This document shows, one piece after another, positions 52,075 to 62,097 of a stretch of 64,000 nt of DNA. How positions within the stretch are numbered: the stretch's first letter is position 1; each line of letters begins with the position of its first letter. The stretch covers positions 96,001 through 160,000 of the forward strand of contig CAWBKP010000012.1 in NCBI GenBank assembly GCA_963789395.1, given 5' to 3'. Under the pieces are notes generated by a model, which was not told where the DNA came from, made no database searches, and saw nothing but the letters and a program-made list of their open reading frames with translations. Made by a program: the position numbers and the translations under genes. Origin of the DNA: an uncultured delta proteobacterium. Lineage in GTDB: Bacteria > Desulfobacterota > Desulfobacteria > Desulfobacterales > Desulfatirhabdiaceae.

Positions 52075-53410
52075 CACATTGCCTCCAATTGCTGACTCCA
52101 GCCTCAAGGATATGTGGCGGTATAAACATCCCTGACATGACGGAATGAATGATCTGCTGCTGTTGGTCTGACTGCAGAAATTCGTGGGTGAGTCGGCAGA
52201 ATTTGGCCTCCAACTCTATCTGGGTCATGGGATTGGCAGGGTCGCCTCGGGGATCCATTACGGTTTTTTCGATTCTTTCTGCGGATGTTTCCACCCGCAC
52301 ACGGGCTGGTGTCTGGCGAGGGAACAGATTATTCAGGCCGGTGTCCTGGGTCAACGTGACACGATGGGCAAAATTCACGATATCTGGATCATGAAGAAAT
52401 GCCTCCGTAATCGGCAACAGCGCAGCGGGGCCTTTGACGGCGGCCACCCCCAGACAAAAGGGGATGCTGTACTGGGCGGCTTCCATACTGGAAGGATCCG
52501 GGTAGTTGTTTAGCCGCAACGCGCGTTCAAAGGTTTCGACCGTTACCCGGTCAATGGACTCAAAAGGCAAACGGTTTTCTTTCATGATCGACACCAGGGC
52601 GTCGATTGCAGCATGACTCCAGCGGCAACTGGAATAGGGCTTGAAATAGATGAGCTCAATAGCTCGGGAGCTGATCGGCATGGCTGTAATTTGATCCGGA
52701 TTGAAATACTCCGGATGATCCAGAATATCCAGCGGTCCTGTAAACCCCTCCGTGGCCAGATCTACCGCGACCAGACCCAGCATGGTGGCCCAGGGGATGC
52801 CTTCCTTGACATGGTTTCCCATTACCTGTGAGTAGCCCGATGCGGCCAGATCCGGAATCTGGGAACCTGCAATGGCCAGGGCCTGAGCCAGAACCGGGGC
52901 TGTCAACCGGCGAAGTCTCCCGGCGGCCGCGGCTGCGCCGTAAGTGCACCACCGCCCTGTGGACAGTGTCGGCAGACGTGAAAAATCACGGGCAGCTCCC
53001 ACCCGGCAGGCGATATCGTAGCCGATTGTCAGGGCGGCCAGGATGTCCCCATCGGATGCCCCGACTTCCTGGGCTACGGCCAATACCGCAGGGATGATGG
53101 ATGCGCCGGGATGACCGGCCGCTCCCCGATGGCCGTCATCCAGATCCAGTGCGCTGGCGGACGCGGCATTTGCCAGCGCGGCCGCAGATGCTGTCATTTT
53201 AATGCCGGTAAACCAGATCGATGAATTGCCGGCGCTGAAGTTTTTCCGGACCATGCGATGAATGGCAGTGGCGGATTCCGATCCGTGGCCTGCCCAGGCA
53301 GCGCCAAGAAGATCCAGGATGCAGCGCTTGGCAGCCGTTTTGACCGCATCTGAAATGTCTTCGGGCCGAAGAGCCAGTGCAACCCCGGCCAGTTTCTCGG
53401 TTGTGTACAT
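52022..53410 (-). CDS. MmgE/PrpD family protein
   Basis: ILDLLG, LDLDDGH..AGHPG, GFTGP, FKPYSSCRWSH, AQYSIPF, PRGDPANP. Confidence 0.9.
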   Translation of the reverse strand: MYTTEKLAGVALALRPEDISDAVKTAAKRCILDLLGAAWAGHGSESATAIHRMVRKNFSAGNSSIWFTGIKMTASAAALANAASASALDLDDGHRGAAGHPGASIIPAVLAVAQEVGASDGDILAALTIGYDIACRVGAARDFSRLPTLSTGRWCTYGAAAAAGRLRRLTAPVLAQALAIAGSQIPDLAASGYSQVMGNHVKEGIPWATMLGLVAVDLATEGFTGPLDILDHPEYFNPDQITAMPISSRAIELIYFKPYSSCRWSHAAIDALVSIMKENRLPFESIDRVTVETFERALRLNNYPDPSSMEAAQYSIPFCLGVAAVKGPAALLPITEAFLHDPDIVNFAHRVTLTQDTGLNNLFPRQTPARVRVETSAERIEKTVMDPRGDPANPMTQIELEAKFCRLTHEFLQSDQQQQIIHSVMSGMFIPPHILEAGVSNWRQCDDEILVDEIRADNVFDR

Positions 53411-53412
53411 GG

Positions 53413-54579
53413 TTACTTTCCCGCTCTGGCGGTAAGCTGAATAGCCTTCCACATCTTTTCAGCCTCCGGACTTTCCGTTATCAGCTTTTCGATGATCAGC
53501 CGTGTCGCGCTATGCCAGGGTTTGATATCCACTTTCAGATACGCGGCGCCGTAGCGGCGCATGTTTGCCGGCTCGTTTTCCGCTTCGGCGCGATCGACTT
53601 CCCGGCTGAAAAAATCGCCGGCCGCATCGCAGGCCTCTGCCAGTTCGGTCTGTATACCGGGCGGCAGGCAGTTGTAACGCGCTTCGTTCACGGCCACCAT
53701 CAACAGCGGTGACACGTCTCCGAGCAGGGTGACGAACCGGCCCCGTTTGCAAAAACCCAGCGGAAAGAGATGGGCCTTGTGGGTGGGAAGCAGATCCACC
53801 TCGCCCCGCAGCCAGGCGCGTCGAAGTCTGGGCCAGGGAATCACGACAGGTTTGGCGCCCATTTCCTCCCAGAAGCGGGCAAGAAGCGGTGATTCATAAA
53901 TGCGGACTTTCAGCCCTTTCACCTGATCCGGATGGATGATGGGTCGCGTGGACAGGATGACCCATTCCAGACCGCGCCGCCAGTTCCAGTGTGAATTGAT
54001 CGGATGGACGCCTTTCCGGAGAAGCGTCTGCCGCACGATCTGATCAAATCCCGCCGAATTCAGAAAGGCGTTTTGATGTTCGGTGCCGTTAAAAATGTAC
54101 GGCAGGCTCAGCAGATCCAGGGCCGGCGCCAGATCCCGAAAGGCTGGAAGATCCTCGATAAACAGATCCAGAAACCCCTCTTTGAGCATGGCGGACTGCC
54201 GTGTCTGTGGACCCAGCAGCGTGGCCTGCAACGGCACCAGCGACAACCGCCCTTCGGTGCGGCGCCGGACCTCATTGGCAAACCAGGTAAGCCCGCGGCT
54301 TTCAGGTCCGGCCACAGTGGTCATAGTGCCCAGAACCCGGGGGATTTCATCGTCTTTCTGAAACAGATAGCTCAACGGGCGTCCCAGAATCTGACACAGA
54401 CTGGTGAGTGCAGCAATCGACAGGGCTGCCTTGCCGGTTTCGATTTTGGATATCTGGCTCTGGGATAATTCAGCCCGAAGCGCCAGTTCAACGGCTGTAA
54501 GGCCGGCAGCGATCCGCAGCTCCCGAATCTTTCCACCGATCCGGTCCTGTAAGGCTTTCTCATTCATATCATTCAACAT
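53413..54579 (-). CDS. XRE-family HTH regulator fused to a TRAP (DctP) substrate-binding domain
   Basis: IRELR..GLT..ELA..LSQSQISKIETG, then FANEVRRRTEGR, LPYIF, PIIHPDQVKGLKVR, MGAKPVVIPW, LPP..Q; no signal peptide. Confidence 0.85.
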   Translation of the reverse strand: MLNDMNEKALQDRIGGKIRELRIAAGLTAVELALRAELSQSQISKIETGKAALSIAALTSLCQILGRPLSYLFQKDDEIPRVLGTMTTVAGPESRGLTWFANEVRRRTEGRLSLVPLQATLLGPQTRQSAMLKEGFLDLFIEDLPAFRDLAPALDLLSLPYIFNGTEHQNAFLNSAGFDQIVRQTLLRKGVHPINSHWNWRRGLEWVILSTRPIIHPDQVKGLKVRIYESPLLARFWEEMGAKPVVIPWPRLRRAWLRGEVDLLPTHKAHLFPLGFCKRGRFVTLLGDVSPLLMVAVNEARYNCLPPGIQTELAEACDAAGDFFSREVDRAEAENEPANMRRYGAAYLKVDIKPWHSATRLIIEKLITESPEAEKMWKAIQLTARAGK

Positions 54580-54588
54580 AACAGTATC

Positions 54589-55737
54589 TTAGACAGACAT
54601 CTCCTCTTCCCGCCTCACCACCTGAATCTTTCGTCTCTGAAGTTCTTCCAGCACCCGGTTGCCGGGAACGTCTGCAATGGGGGAGAGCACGCCGGGCCGG
54701 CTCACTTCGCCGGACAGCACCATCTGGGCCGCGATGCTGGCAGTGAACCCAACGGTCCGGTTCATAGCGAAAAGACCGGTCTCAAGATCCCGATAGTCGA
54801 TGACTTCGTAGATCACCCGTTTGTTTCTGCCCTGTTTCAGTCCCCGTGCCTCTATCCGCAGAACCGCCACATCCCTTTCATCATCCCGGTACTGGAGCCG
54901 GGGCGTCAGGTGCTTGACCAGATATTTCAGGGGGGCATCCTCCAGAAAGCCCATATCCGCCATTACCCGCCAGTAGGCGCTGTGTCCGGGCCAGCGGGCG
55001 GCATAACGCCCCATGTCTTTAAGCTGCGGCCCCAGACCAAAGCGGTCGATGAATTCAATAGCATCGCCATTGGCATAGGCTTCCATGTCGCCGACGCCCG
55101 GAACATGAATCAGATGAATATTTTCCTCTCGGAAAATCTCGGTGCCGGCAATATCAATCTGTTTACCGTCTTTGAGCATCCGGGCTGGCCTGCGGTAGGC
55201 ATTCAGCACGCCTTCCAATGTCCAGGTGATCTTGTATTTAAGGGCATTATCGGCTGCGGACAATTCGGGCACGCCCAATCCATAACTGTAAAGGCCGTGA
55301 ACTTCGTCTAAATCCGCCACTGCCAGCTTGCCCAAGATCAGATCGATGCCGGGATCAAAGCCCATCTCCGGCAAAATCGTTATTCCGTTCTCCCTGGCAC
55401 GCCCATCCAGATCCTCGACCCAATGGCTGTAACTGGTGTTGACAAAGGGGATTCCCGCCGAAATGCAGGCTTCTGCCACAGGATGGGCCAGAAATGTGGG
55501 CAGCATGCAGACCGTGATGGCAGCACCGCTTTTTTTAATGAAACCTGACAGATCCGGATTCTCCGCGACATTGAGTTGCTGAAGCCGCACCTTGGGATAG
55601 GACCCCCGCTTTAGAAATGCCTCTGCTGAGGCTATGTCCAAATCGGCGCCGATAATGTCATCTAACAGGCCGTTTTGAGACAGGTCATGGATGACGGCTT
55701 TGCCTTGAAGCCCGAGTCCAAGCACAAGTGCTTTCAT
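54589..55737 (-). CDS. Saccharopine dehydrogenase / lysine 6-dehydrogenase family protein
   Basis: VLGLGLQG, MGFDPG, LKYKITW..EG, RWPGH, AMNRTVGF, GVLSP. Confidence 0.88.
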   Translation of the reverse strand: MKALVLGLGLQGKAVIHDLSQNGLLDDIIGADLDIASAEAFLKRGSYPKVRLQQLNVAENPDLSGFIKKSGAAITVCMLPTFLAHPVAEACISAGIPFVNTSYSHWVEDLDGRARENGITILPEMGFDPGIDLILGKLAVADLDEVHGLYSYGLGVPELSAADNALKYKITWTLEGVLNAYRRPARMLKDGKQIDIAGTEIFREENIHLIHVPGVGDMEAYANGDAIEFIDRFGLGPQLKDMGRYAARWPGHSAYWRVMADMGFLEDAPLKYLVKHLTPRLQYRDDERDVAVLRIEARGLKQGRNKRVIYEVIDYRDLETGLFAMNRTVGFTASIAAQMVLSGEVSRPGVLSPIADVPGNRVLEELQRRKIQVVRREEEMSV

Positions 55738-55943
55738 AATAATATAAAACTCCTTATGTAGTTATCTGTTTTTTTATTTATAAATCGGAAAAACTGTCGT
55801 TAAATAAATTCGAAATTCGGAGCAAGAAATTCAAAACAATGTTCTAATATCAAATGTTCAAACCAGGAAATACAAATCGTCACGTGTTGTTTTGATATTC
55901 GGGTTTCGTATTTTACCTGAACATTTTTTATTAAGAAGCTCCT

Positions 55944-56075
55944 GAGCCTTTTGCAAAAGTTCCGCCGTTCGTCACCCCGGTGAAAACCGGGGTCCAGATG
56001 CCTTTGATTTCACTGGATACCGGCTTTCGCCGGTATGACGGAAGAGGCATTTTGAAGAAGTTTTGCAAGAAGCTC
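55944..56075. repeat. REP-like doublet within short terminal inverted repeats (MITE-like)
   Basis: gagccttttgcaaaa .. cgtcaccccggtgaaaaccggggtccag .. ctggataccggctttcgccggtatgacg .. ttttgcaagaagctc. Confidence 0.7.
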
Positions 56076-56077
56076 CC

Positions 56078-56986
56078 CTATTTGGGAATATTCCTCAGCC
56101 TCGGGTCCAATGCATCTCTCAGTCCGTCGCCCAATAAATTGATGGAAAGTATGGTCAGCATGATGGCCAAACCCGGCAGGGTCACCAGCCACCACGCATC
56201 GGCGATATAAACCCTTCCTTCAGCCAGCATCCGGCCCCAGGTCGGCATGGGGGGGGGGACGCCCATGCCCAGAAACGACAGACCGCTTTCCCAGATAATG
56301 ATATTGGCCACGCGAACCGTTGCCAGCACCAGGATGGGAGATAGCACGTTGGGAAAGATCTGCCGCAGCAGGATCACCCGGTGCGGTGTCCCCACGCTTC
56401 GGCTGGCCAGCACAAATTCCTTTTTCTTGATGCTGAGCACACTGCCGCGGATTGTGCGGGCGTAAGTCACCCAGTCCGACAGGCCCAGCACCAGAATCAG
56501 GTTGAAAATGGAATTCCCCAGCACCGCAATCACGGAAATGGTCAGCAGCATGAAGGGATATGCCATGAATACATCCGCCACCCGCATGATGACGTTGTCG
56601 ATCCGGCCTCCGTAATAACCGGAAATCAGCCCCAGTCCGATCCCGGAAACGCACGCCACCAGAACCGATGAAAAACCGACCAGCAGGCTCACCCGGCTGC
56701 CATAAAGGATCCGAACCAGGATATCCCGTCCCAGATTGTCCGTGCCCAAGGGGTAAGCCAGGCTGCCGCCGGACTGCCAGAAAGGCGGCGTTAGTCGCAT
56801 CAGCAGATCCTGGGCAAGGGGATCTCGTGGATAAAAAAGCGGAAAAATAAGACTGGTGGCCATGATGCCCAGAAAGAGCATGCCGCCGATCACGGCTCCG
56901 GGAGACCGGCTCAGGGCCTGGAATGTTTCCCCCCACAGGCGCAGGCTGGCGCGAAGGTGACGGAACCGCTCCGTGGATCCGTTCAT
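56078..56986 (-). CDS. Peptide/nickel-type ABC transporter permease (DppC-like)
   Basis: LGTDNLGRD, YGSRVSL, ARTIRG, PNV, LSFLG.G, TWG, GDGLRD. Confidence 0.93.
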   Translation of the reverse strand: MNGSTERFRHLRASLRLWGETFQALSRSPGAVIGGMLFLGIMATSLIFPLFYPRDPLAQDLLMRLTPPFWQSGGSLAYPLGTDNLGRDILVRILYGSRVSLLVGFSSVLVACVSGIGLGLISGYYGGRIDNVIMRVADVFMAYPFMLLTISVIAVLGNSIFNLILVLGLSDWVTYARTIRGSVLSIKKKEFVLASRSVGTPHRVILLRQIFPNVLSPILVLATVRVANIIIWESGLSFLGMGVPPPMPTWGRMLAEGRVYIADAWWLVTLPGLAIMLTILSINLLGDGLRDALDPRLRNIPK

Positions 56987-57909
56987 TTGGCCTCCAGGAA
57001 ACTGATCTGGGGATCCAGGTATAGATAAATCAGGTCGGTCAGAAGATTGACAAGGACAAAGAGAACGGAAAGCACCAGCACAGCGGCCTGAACAAGAGGG
57101 TAGTCCCGTGTGAAAATGGCCTGAACCACCAGGCGGCCGACGCCGGGCCAGGCAAAAACCGTTTCGATGATGACCGTGCCGCCGATTAAAAATCCAAACT
57201 GCATCCCGGCCACGGTAACCAGGGGAATCATGGCGTTTTTCAAGGCATGCTTGCCGATCACCATTTTTTCAAGCAGCCCTTTGGCCCGGGCGGTCCGGAC
57301 ATAATCCTGATTGAGGACATCGAGCATCACCGAGCGGGTCAGGCGGGCGAACATGGCCATCAGGCTGAGTCCCAGTGACAGGGATGGCATGATGAGCTGG
57401 GCCAGGGTTCCCCTGCCGGACGTGGGCAGCCAGCCCAGATTGATGGAAAAAATCAGTATCAGCATGATTCCCAGCCAGAAATGGGGCATGGACAGACCAA
57501 AGAGCGCGCCCAGCATGGAAGTGAAATCCCATATTGATCCGCGTTTGACAGCCGAGATGATTCCAAGGGGGATGGAAAAAACCAGGGCGATCAGCATGGC
57601 CGCCCCGGCCAGCTCAAGGCTTGCAGGAAGCCGTTCCAGAATCAGAGTGAGGGCCGGCACCCGGTGCTGGAGCGAAATTCCCAGATCCCCCTGCACCGCA
57701 TGACTTGCAAACCGCCAGTACTGGACGGGCAGGGGATCGTTGAAGCCAAGCTGCTCCCGCAGGGTTTCGATTTCCGTTTTTGTGGCGTCCGGCGGCAGCA
57801 TGAGCATGACCGGGTCTCCGGACAAATGGATAAAGAAAAAACTGATGATGGAAATACCCACGGCCACATACACGGTGTGCCAGAGTCTTTTAAGGATGTA
57901 TCGACCCAT
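56983..57909 (-). CDS. Peptide/nickel-type ABC transporter permease (DppB-like)
   Basis: GDP, GDLG, DYVRTARAKG, HALKNA, ETVFAWPGVG, RDYP, DP. Confidence 0.93.
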   Translation of the reverse strand: MGRYILKRLWHTVYVAVGISIISFFFIHLSGDPVMLMLPPDATKTEIETLREQLGFNDPLPVQYWRFASHAVQGDLGISLQHRVPALTLILERLPASLELAGAAMLIALVFSIPLGIISAVKRGSIWDFTSMLGALFGLSMPHFWLGIMLILIFSINLGWLPTSGRGTLAQLIMPSLSLGLSLMAMFARLTRSVMLDVLNQDYVRTARAKGLLEKMVIGKHALKNAMIPLVTVAGMQFGFLIGGTVIIETVFAWPGVGRLVVQAIFTRDYPLVQAAVLVLSVLFVLVNLLTDLIYLYLDPQISFLEAK

Positions 57910-57961
57910 GAATATCCTTATCGCCGGCGAATCGGCCGGTAATTCAGTGAAACGGTCTTTA

Positions 57962-58036
57962 TCGTGAAGCCGTGAGAGCGTGAAATCGTAACATGGTTTC
58001 CCCTCTCACGCTCTCACGCATTTTACGCCCTCACGA
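57962..58036. repeat. Heptamer-like repeat hairpin between the binding-protein gene and dppB
   Basis: tcgtgaagccgtgagagcgtgaaatcgtaa ... ctctcacgctctcacgcattttacgccctcacga. Confidence 0.6.
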
Positions 58037-58046
58037 TAAAACCGGC

Positions 58047-59543
58047 TTATTTTTTCGGTTTGGCCGTGTTCATGATCAGATAGCCATCCCGCAGGCCCTT
58101 GTAGTCCACGGCATCTGAAACCCCATAAACTTCTGGAATCACGTAGAGATAAACCCACGGCGCATCCTGATACAGATACCGGTCAAGCTCGTTGTAAACC
58201 TTGACTCGGGCCGCGGGATCCATGGTGCTTCGTCCCTTGTCCAGCAACTGATCCACGGTTTCGTTCTTGTAGTAATAGTCCCGGCTTTTTGAATGAAAAA
58301 GGGAATACATGTAACGGTCAGGCTCCGGGGCATCGTCCCAGAAATAGATGTACATCTGATGCAGTTTGTTTTTGTACCGATCCCACATAACGGCCCGTTC
58401 GAAGGGCTCAAGGGTGACTTTAATGCCGACCTTGGCCAGATCCGAAGCAATGACCTCGGCCTGTTCCTGAATCTGCGGCAGATACGTGCCGTAAGCCAGA
58501 CGGGTTTCGAATCCATTGGGGTATCCGGCCTCGGCCAGCAGTTTTTTGGCTTTCTGAGGGTCATACGGATAGGGTTTCAGGGTAGGATCCGCACCCATTG
58601 TTCGCGGGCTGATCGGTCCTGCACAGAGAATCGCCTTGTCATTGAACAGGGCTTTGTTGATGAGCGGCCGGTTGATGGCATAATTCACGGCCTGCCGGAC
58701 CTTTACATCACTGAAAGGTTTTTCATACGTGTTCAGGCCCAGGTAGTTCATGGAACCCATCTGATCGGTCAGATACGCCTTGCCGGATTCCAGGATTTTC
58801 TTGCGCTGATGCACGGGAACGCCGCTGATTACATCCGCTTCGCCGGTCAAAAGGGCGGCGATCCGGGAAGATTCTTCGGGAATGCCCTTGAACACCAGTT
58901 TTTTATAGGCCGGTTGCGGGCCGTAATATTTGTCATAGGCAGAAAGAAGGATTTCCTGGCCTTTGACCCATTTGTCCAGTTTATACGGGCCGGAGCCGAC
59001 CGGATTGAGGTTGTATTCCGCATCCCCGACTTTCTGGATATAGGCGGGCGGAACGATGAACAGATACTGCGCCAGCATATACAGCCCCGGGGCATAGGGC
59101 TGGTTCATGGTTATGGTAAACGTGTTGTCGTCAATCACATTGACTTCTTTAAAGCTGTTCAGCTTGCCTTTGTGGGGGCTTTTGAGGGCATCGCTCATGA
59201 TCCGGTCAAATGAGAATTTTACCGCTGCGGCATTAATGGGCTCGCCGTTATGGAAAGTGGCGCCCTTGACCAGGGTGAATTTCCAGGTCAGATCATCCAC
59301 TTTTTCCCATTTCTCGGCCAGGCCCGGTTTGACCGTGGCGTCTTCCTGGGGTTTGAGCAGTGTGTCGTTGATGTTGTATCCCACGCTCATGGTGGTCTGG
59401 ATGGAACTCTGCATGATATCCAGTCCCACGGGTTCGGCTTCCTGAATCACCACCAGGGTGTCTCCGGCCGCAAGCACCGGTCCAACCATGGCAATGGACA
59501 CCAGGGCCAACGCAATTATCATCCACGTCATTCTTTGTTTCAT
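58047..59543 (-). CDS. ABC transporter substrate-binding protein, family 5 (DppA-like)
   Basis: Signal peptide ..VLA|AG, PGLAEKW, FHNG, VGSGPY, VRQAVNYAINR, YDPQKAKKLLAEAGY. Confidence 0.93.
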   Translation of the reverse strand: MKQRMTWMIIALALVSIAMVGPVLAAGDTLVVIQEAEPVGLDIMQSSIQTTMSVGYNINDTLLKPQEDATVKPGLAEKWEKVDDLTWKFTLVKGATFHNGEPINAAAVKFSFDRIMSDALKSPHKGKLNSFKEVNVIDDNTFTITMNQPYAPGLYMLAQYLFIVPPAYIQKVGDAEYNLNPVGSGPYKLDKWVKGQEILLSAYDKYYGPQPAYKKLVFKGIPEESSRIAALLTGEADVISGVPVHQRKKILESGKAYLTDQMGSMNYLGLNTYEKPFSDVKVRQAVNYAINRPLINKALFNDKAILCAGPISPRTMGADPTLKPYPYDPQKAKKLLAEAGYPNGFETRLAYGTYLPQIQEQAEVIASDLAKVGIKVTLEPFERAVMWDRYKNKLHQMYIYFWDDAPEPDRYMYSLFHSKSRDYYYKNETVDQLLDKGRSTMDPAARVKVYNELDRYLYQDAPWVYLYVIPEVYGVSDAVDYKGLRDGYLIMNTAKPKK

Positions 59544-59650
59544 GATCTGTCTCCTTCTTTGTGAGTAGCGCCGGCGCATTTTTCATAAAACCGGCAGTTC
59601 ATGTTTAAAACTGTCATCTGTCGTCAGTCGTCCATCCTCTGTCCAAAAAG

Positions 59651-59730
59651 TCCCCCTTTGAAAAAGGGGGATTGAGGGGGATTTTCAATCGGTCGAGGCT
59701 GTACAAAACTCCCTCCTGCCACCCCTTTTT
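59651..59730. repeat. REP-like palindrome, same family as 22667
   Basis: tccccctttgaaaaagggggattgagggggatttt is essentially identical to the core at about 22669-22705. Confidence 0.8.
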
Positions 59731-60702
59731 TCAGTTGGCGGGATAAAGATGACATCTCACCCCATGCTCCCCGTCCACCTCCCGCACCTGCGGCATCTCT
59801 TCCCTGCAAATGGCCATCACTTCGGAGCAGCGGGGGTGAAACCGGCATCCGGACGGCGGATTGACGGGTGAGGGCACATCCCCTGCCAGAATGATCCGTT
59901 TACGGGACCGTCTCGGGTCGGGCACAGGAACGGCGGAAAGCAGCGCCCATGTGTAAGGATGCAGCGGATTTCCGTAGAGCGTCTTGACATCGGCCATCTC
60001 GACGATCTGCCCCAGATACATGACCCCAACACGGTGGCTCACATAGCGAATCACTGCCAGATCATGGGAAATGAAGAGGTAAGAAAGATTAAGCTTTTGC
60101 TGTAGCCGGACCATCAGATTCAGCACCTGGGCACGGACCGATACATCCAGAGCTGATACCGGCTCATCACCGATGATCAGCTTGGGCCGGAGCACCAGTG
60201 CCCTGGCCACACAGACACGCTGGCGCTGGCCCCCGGAAAACTCGTGGGGAAAGCGGGTCATGTGCTCCGGCGAAAGCCCCACCGTTTCAAGGGCGCCTGC
60301 TACCCGGTCCAGCCGCTCGGCCGCACTGATATTTTCATAATTGAGGATCGGCTCCTCGATAATCCGCTCAACGGTCTGCCGCGGATTCAGGGATCCGAAC
60401 GGGTCCTGGAAAACGATCTGCATGTGTCGCCGGCGCTGGCGAAGCTGATCCGGGTCAAGCGCCAGAAGATTCTCGTTCTGAAACCACACCTCACCGGCTG
60501 TGGGCTCGATGAGCCGCAGAATGCTGAAACCGGTTGTGGATTTCCCGCATCCCGACTCTCCCACCAGTCCCAGCGTCTCGTTCTCGCCGATGGAAAACGA
60601 CACATCATCCACTGCATGAACAACGGATTTTTTGCGGCCCCAGAAGCCTTTCTTCAGGGGAAATTCCTTGACTAGATTTCGTACCCTCAGCAGCTCAGAC
60701 AT
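59731..60702 (-). CDS. ABC transporter ATP-binding protein (DppF-like)
   Basis: [31 protein letters not shown]. Confidence 0.95.
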   Translation of the reverse strand: MSELLRVRNLVKEFPLKKGFWGRKKSVVHAVDDVSFSIGENETLGLVGESGCGKSTTGFSILRLIEPTAGEVWFQNENLLALDPDQLRQRRRHMQIVFQDPFGSLNPRQTVERIIEEPILNYENISAAERLDRVAGALETVGLSPEHMTRFPHEFSGGQRQRVCVARALVLRPKLIIGDEPVSALDVSVRAQVLNLMVRLQQKLNLSYLFISHDLAVIRYVSHRVGVMYLGQIVEMADVKTLYGNPLHPYTWALLSAVPVPDPRRSRKRIILAGDVPSPVNPPSGCRFHPRCSEVMAICREEMPQVREVDGEHGVRCHLYPAN

Positions 60703-61666
60703 GGGACCCCCGCAGCCAGCAGGCCACCCGATGATCTGATCTCACCGTCTCAAGTGGCGGTGCCTTGGACAGGCAGATATCGATCGTCTCCGGACAACGG
60801 GGTGCAAAATGGCAGCCCGCCGGTAAATCCGTCAGGCTCGGCACCACACCTTTGATCTCGTTGAGTGCTTCGGTTTCAAAAGAGGCGTCGGCCCGGGGGA
60901 TGGCGGCCATGAGCCCCTGGGTGTAAGGATGCAGCGGATGATCAAAAAGATCCAGTGTGGAAGCCTCTTCCATGATCCTGCCGGTGTACATGACCGCCAC
61001 CCTGCGGGTGACCTCGGCCACCACACCCAGGTCATGGGTGATGAGCAGCACCGCAGTGCCCAGCTCTTCTTTCAATGTTGCCATCAGTTCCAGAATCTGG
61101 GCCTGAATACTGACATCCAGTGCCGTGGTGGGCTCGTCGGCCAGCAGCAGGGCAGGGCGGAAGGCAAGGGCCATGGCAATCATGACACGCTGGCGCATCC
61201 CGCCGGAAAGCTGATAGGGATATTCCTTGACACGCCGCTCCGGAGCCGGAACACCCACCATTGCAAGCATGTCGACGGCGCGCTCGAGGGCCGCCGACCG
61301 GCTGAGATTCCCATGAACGAGAAAAACTTCCATCAGCTGGTTTCCCACGGTAAAAACAGGGTTCAGAGCCGTCATGGGTTCCTGAAAGATCATGCTGATC
61401 TGGTTGCCCCGCATCAGGCGCAGATCGTTCGATGAAACCTTAAGCAGATCCTGGTTCTTAAAAATAATCTCACCTGCAGGAACAAATGCGGGCGGCTGGG
61501 GCAAAAGCCCCATGATGGACAATGCCAGCACCGATTTGCCGCACCCGGATTCCCCCACGATGCCCACGACCTCTCCGGGGGCGATGGTCAGGCTTATATC
61601 ATCCACAGCCCGGGTAACGCCTTTGGGGGTTCGAAAGCAGATGGTCAGATTCTGGATTTTCAGCAT
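60695..61666 (-). CDS. ABC transporter ATP-binding protein (DppD-like)
   Basis: [36 protein letters not shown]. Confidence 0.95.
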   Translation of the reverse strand: MLKIQNLTICFRTPKGVTRAVDDISLTIAPGEVVGIVGESGCGKSVLALSIMGLLPQPPAFVPAGEIIFKNQDLLKVSSNDLRLMRGNQISMIFQEPMTALNPVFTVGNQLMEVFLVHGNLSRSAALERAVDMLAMVGVPAPERRVKEYPYQLSGGMRQRVMIAMALAFRPALLLADEPTTALDVSIQAQILELMATLKEELGTAVLLITHDLGVVAEVTRRVAVMYTGRIMEEASTLDLFDHPLHPYTQGLMAAIPRADASFETEALNEIKGVVPSLTDLPAGCHFAPRCPETIDICLSKAPPLETVRSDHRVACWLRGSHV

Positions 61667-61793
61667 AATGTCGGCAATTAACGGGAGTGAATGGTATTCA
61701 GGAAATATAAATCTATATTAATTCATTATTAACATTCATAGAATATTCCTGTCAAGAATATATTCTGTCTGGTTTCGAAACGACTCGGTAACC

Positions 61794-62080
61794 CAAATCT
61801 GACACAAGACGTGGCTGAAGTCTTTCGTTCGGCAAATCAGTGCCGTATCCAAGCGTTAGATCCCGCATTAGAGGAGAAAAATATAGATGAAAATATCGGA
61901 ATAGATTGACAAGCAGGCGTGAATTATCAGAGAAACGCGCTTACCGCAGGGGCAGATCTTCCGGCAAGGTGTTGGGTGCGTGCAACACCACCGATATGGA
62001 TACGGGTAGTGCGAGTCCGAAAGGACATAAGGGGTTGGAAGCTCAGCCGGGCCATGTTTGTTGCCGATGCCGGCATGAAC
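61794..62080 (+). mobile_element. Degenerate IS1634-like transposase fragment
   Basis: Across frameshifts: LPARCWV / NTTDMDT / VVRVRKDIRGWKLSRAMFVADAGMN, resembling an IS1634 DDE segment; left boundary uncertain. Confidence 0.5.
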
Positions 62081-62097
62081 CCAGCTGAGCCTTTAAA

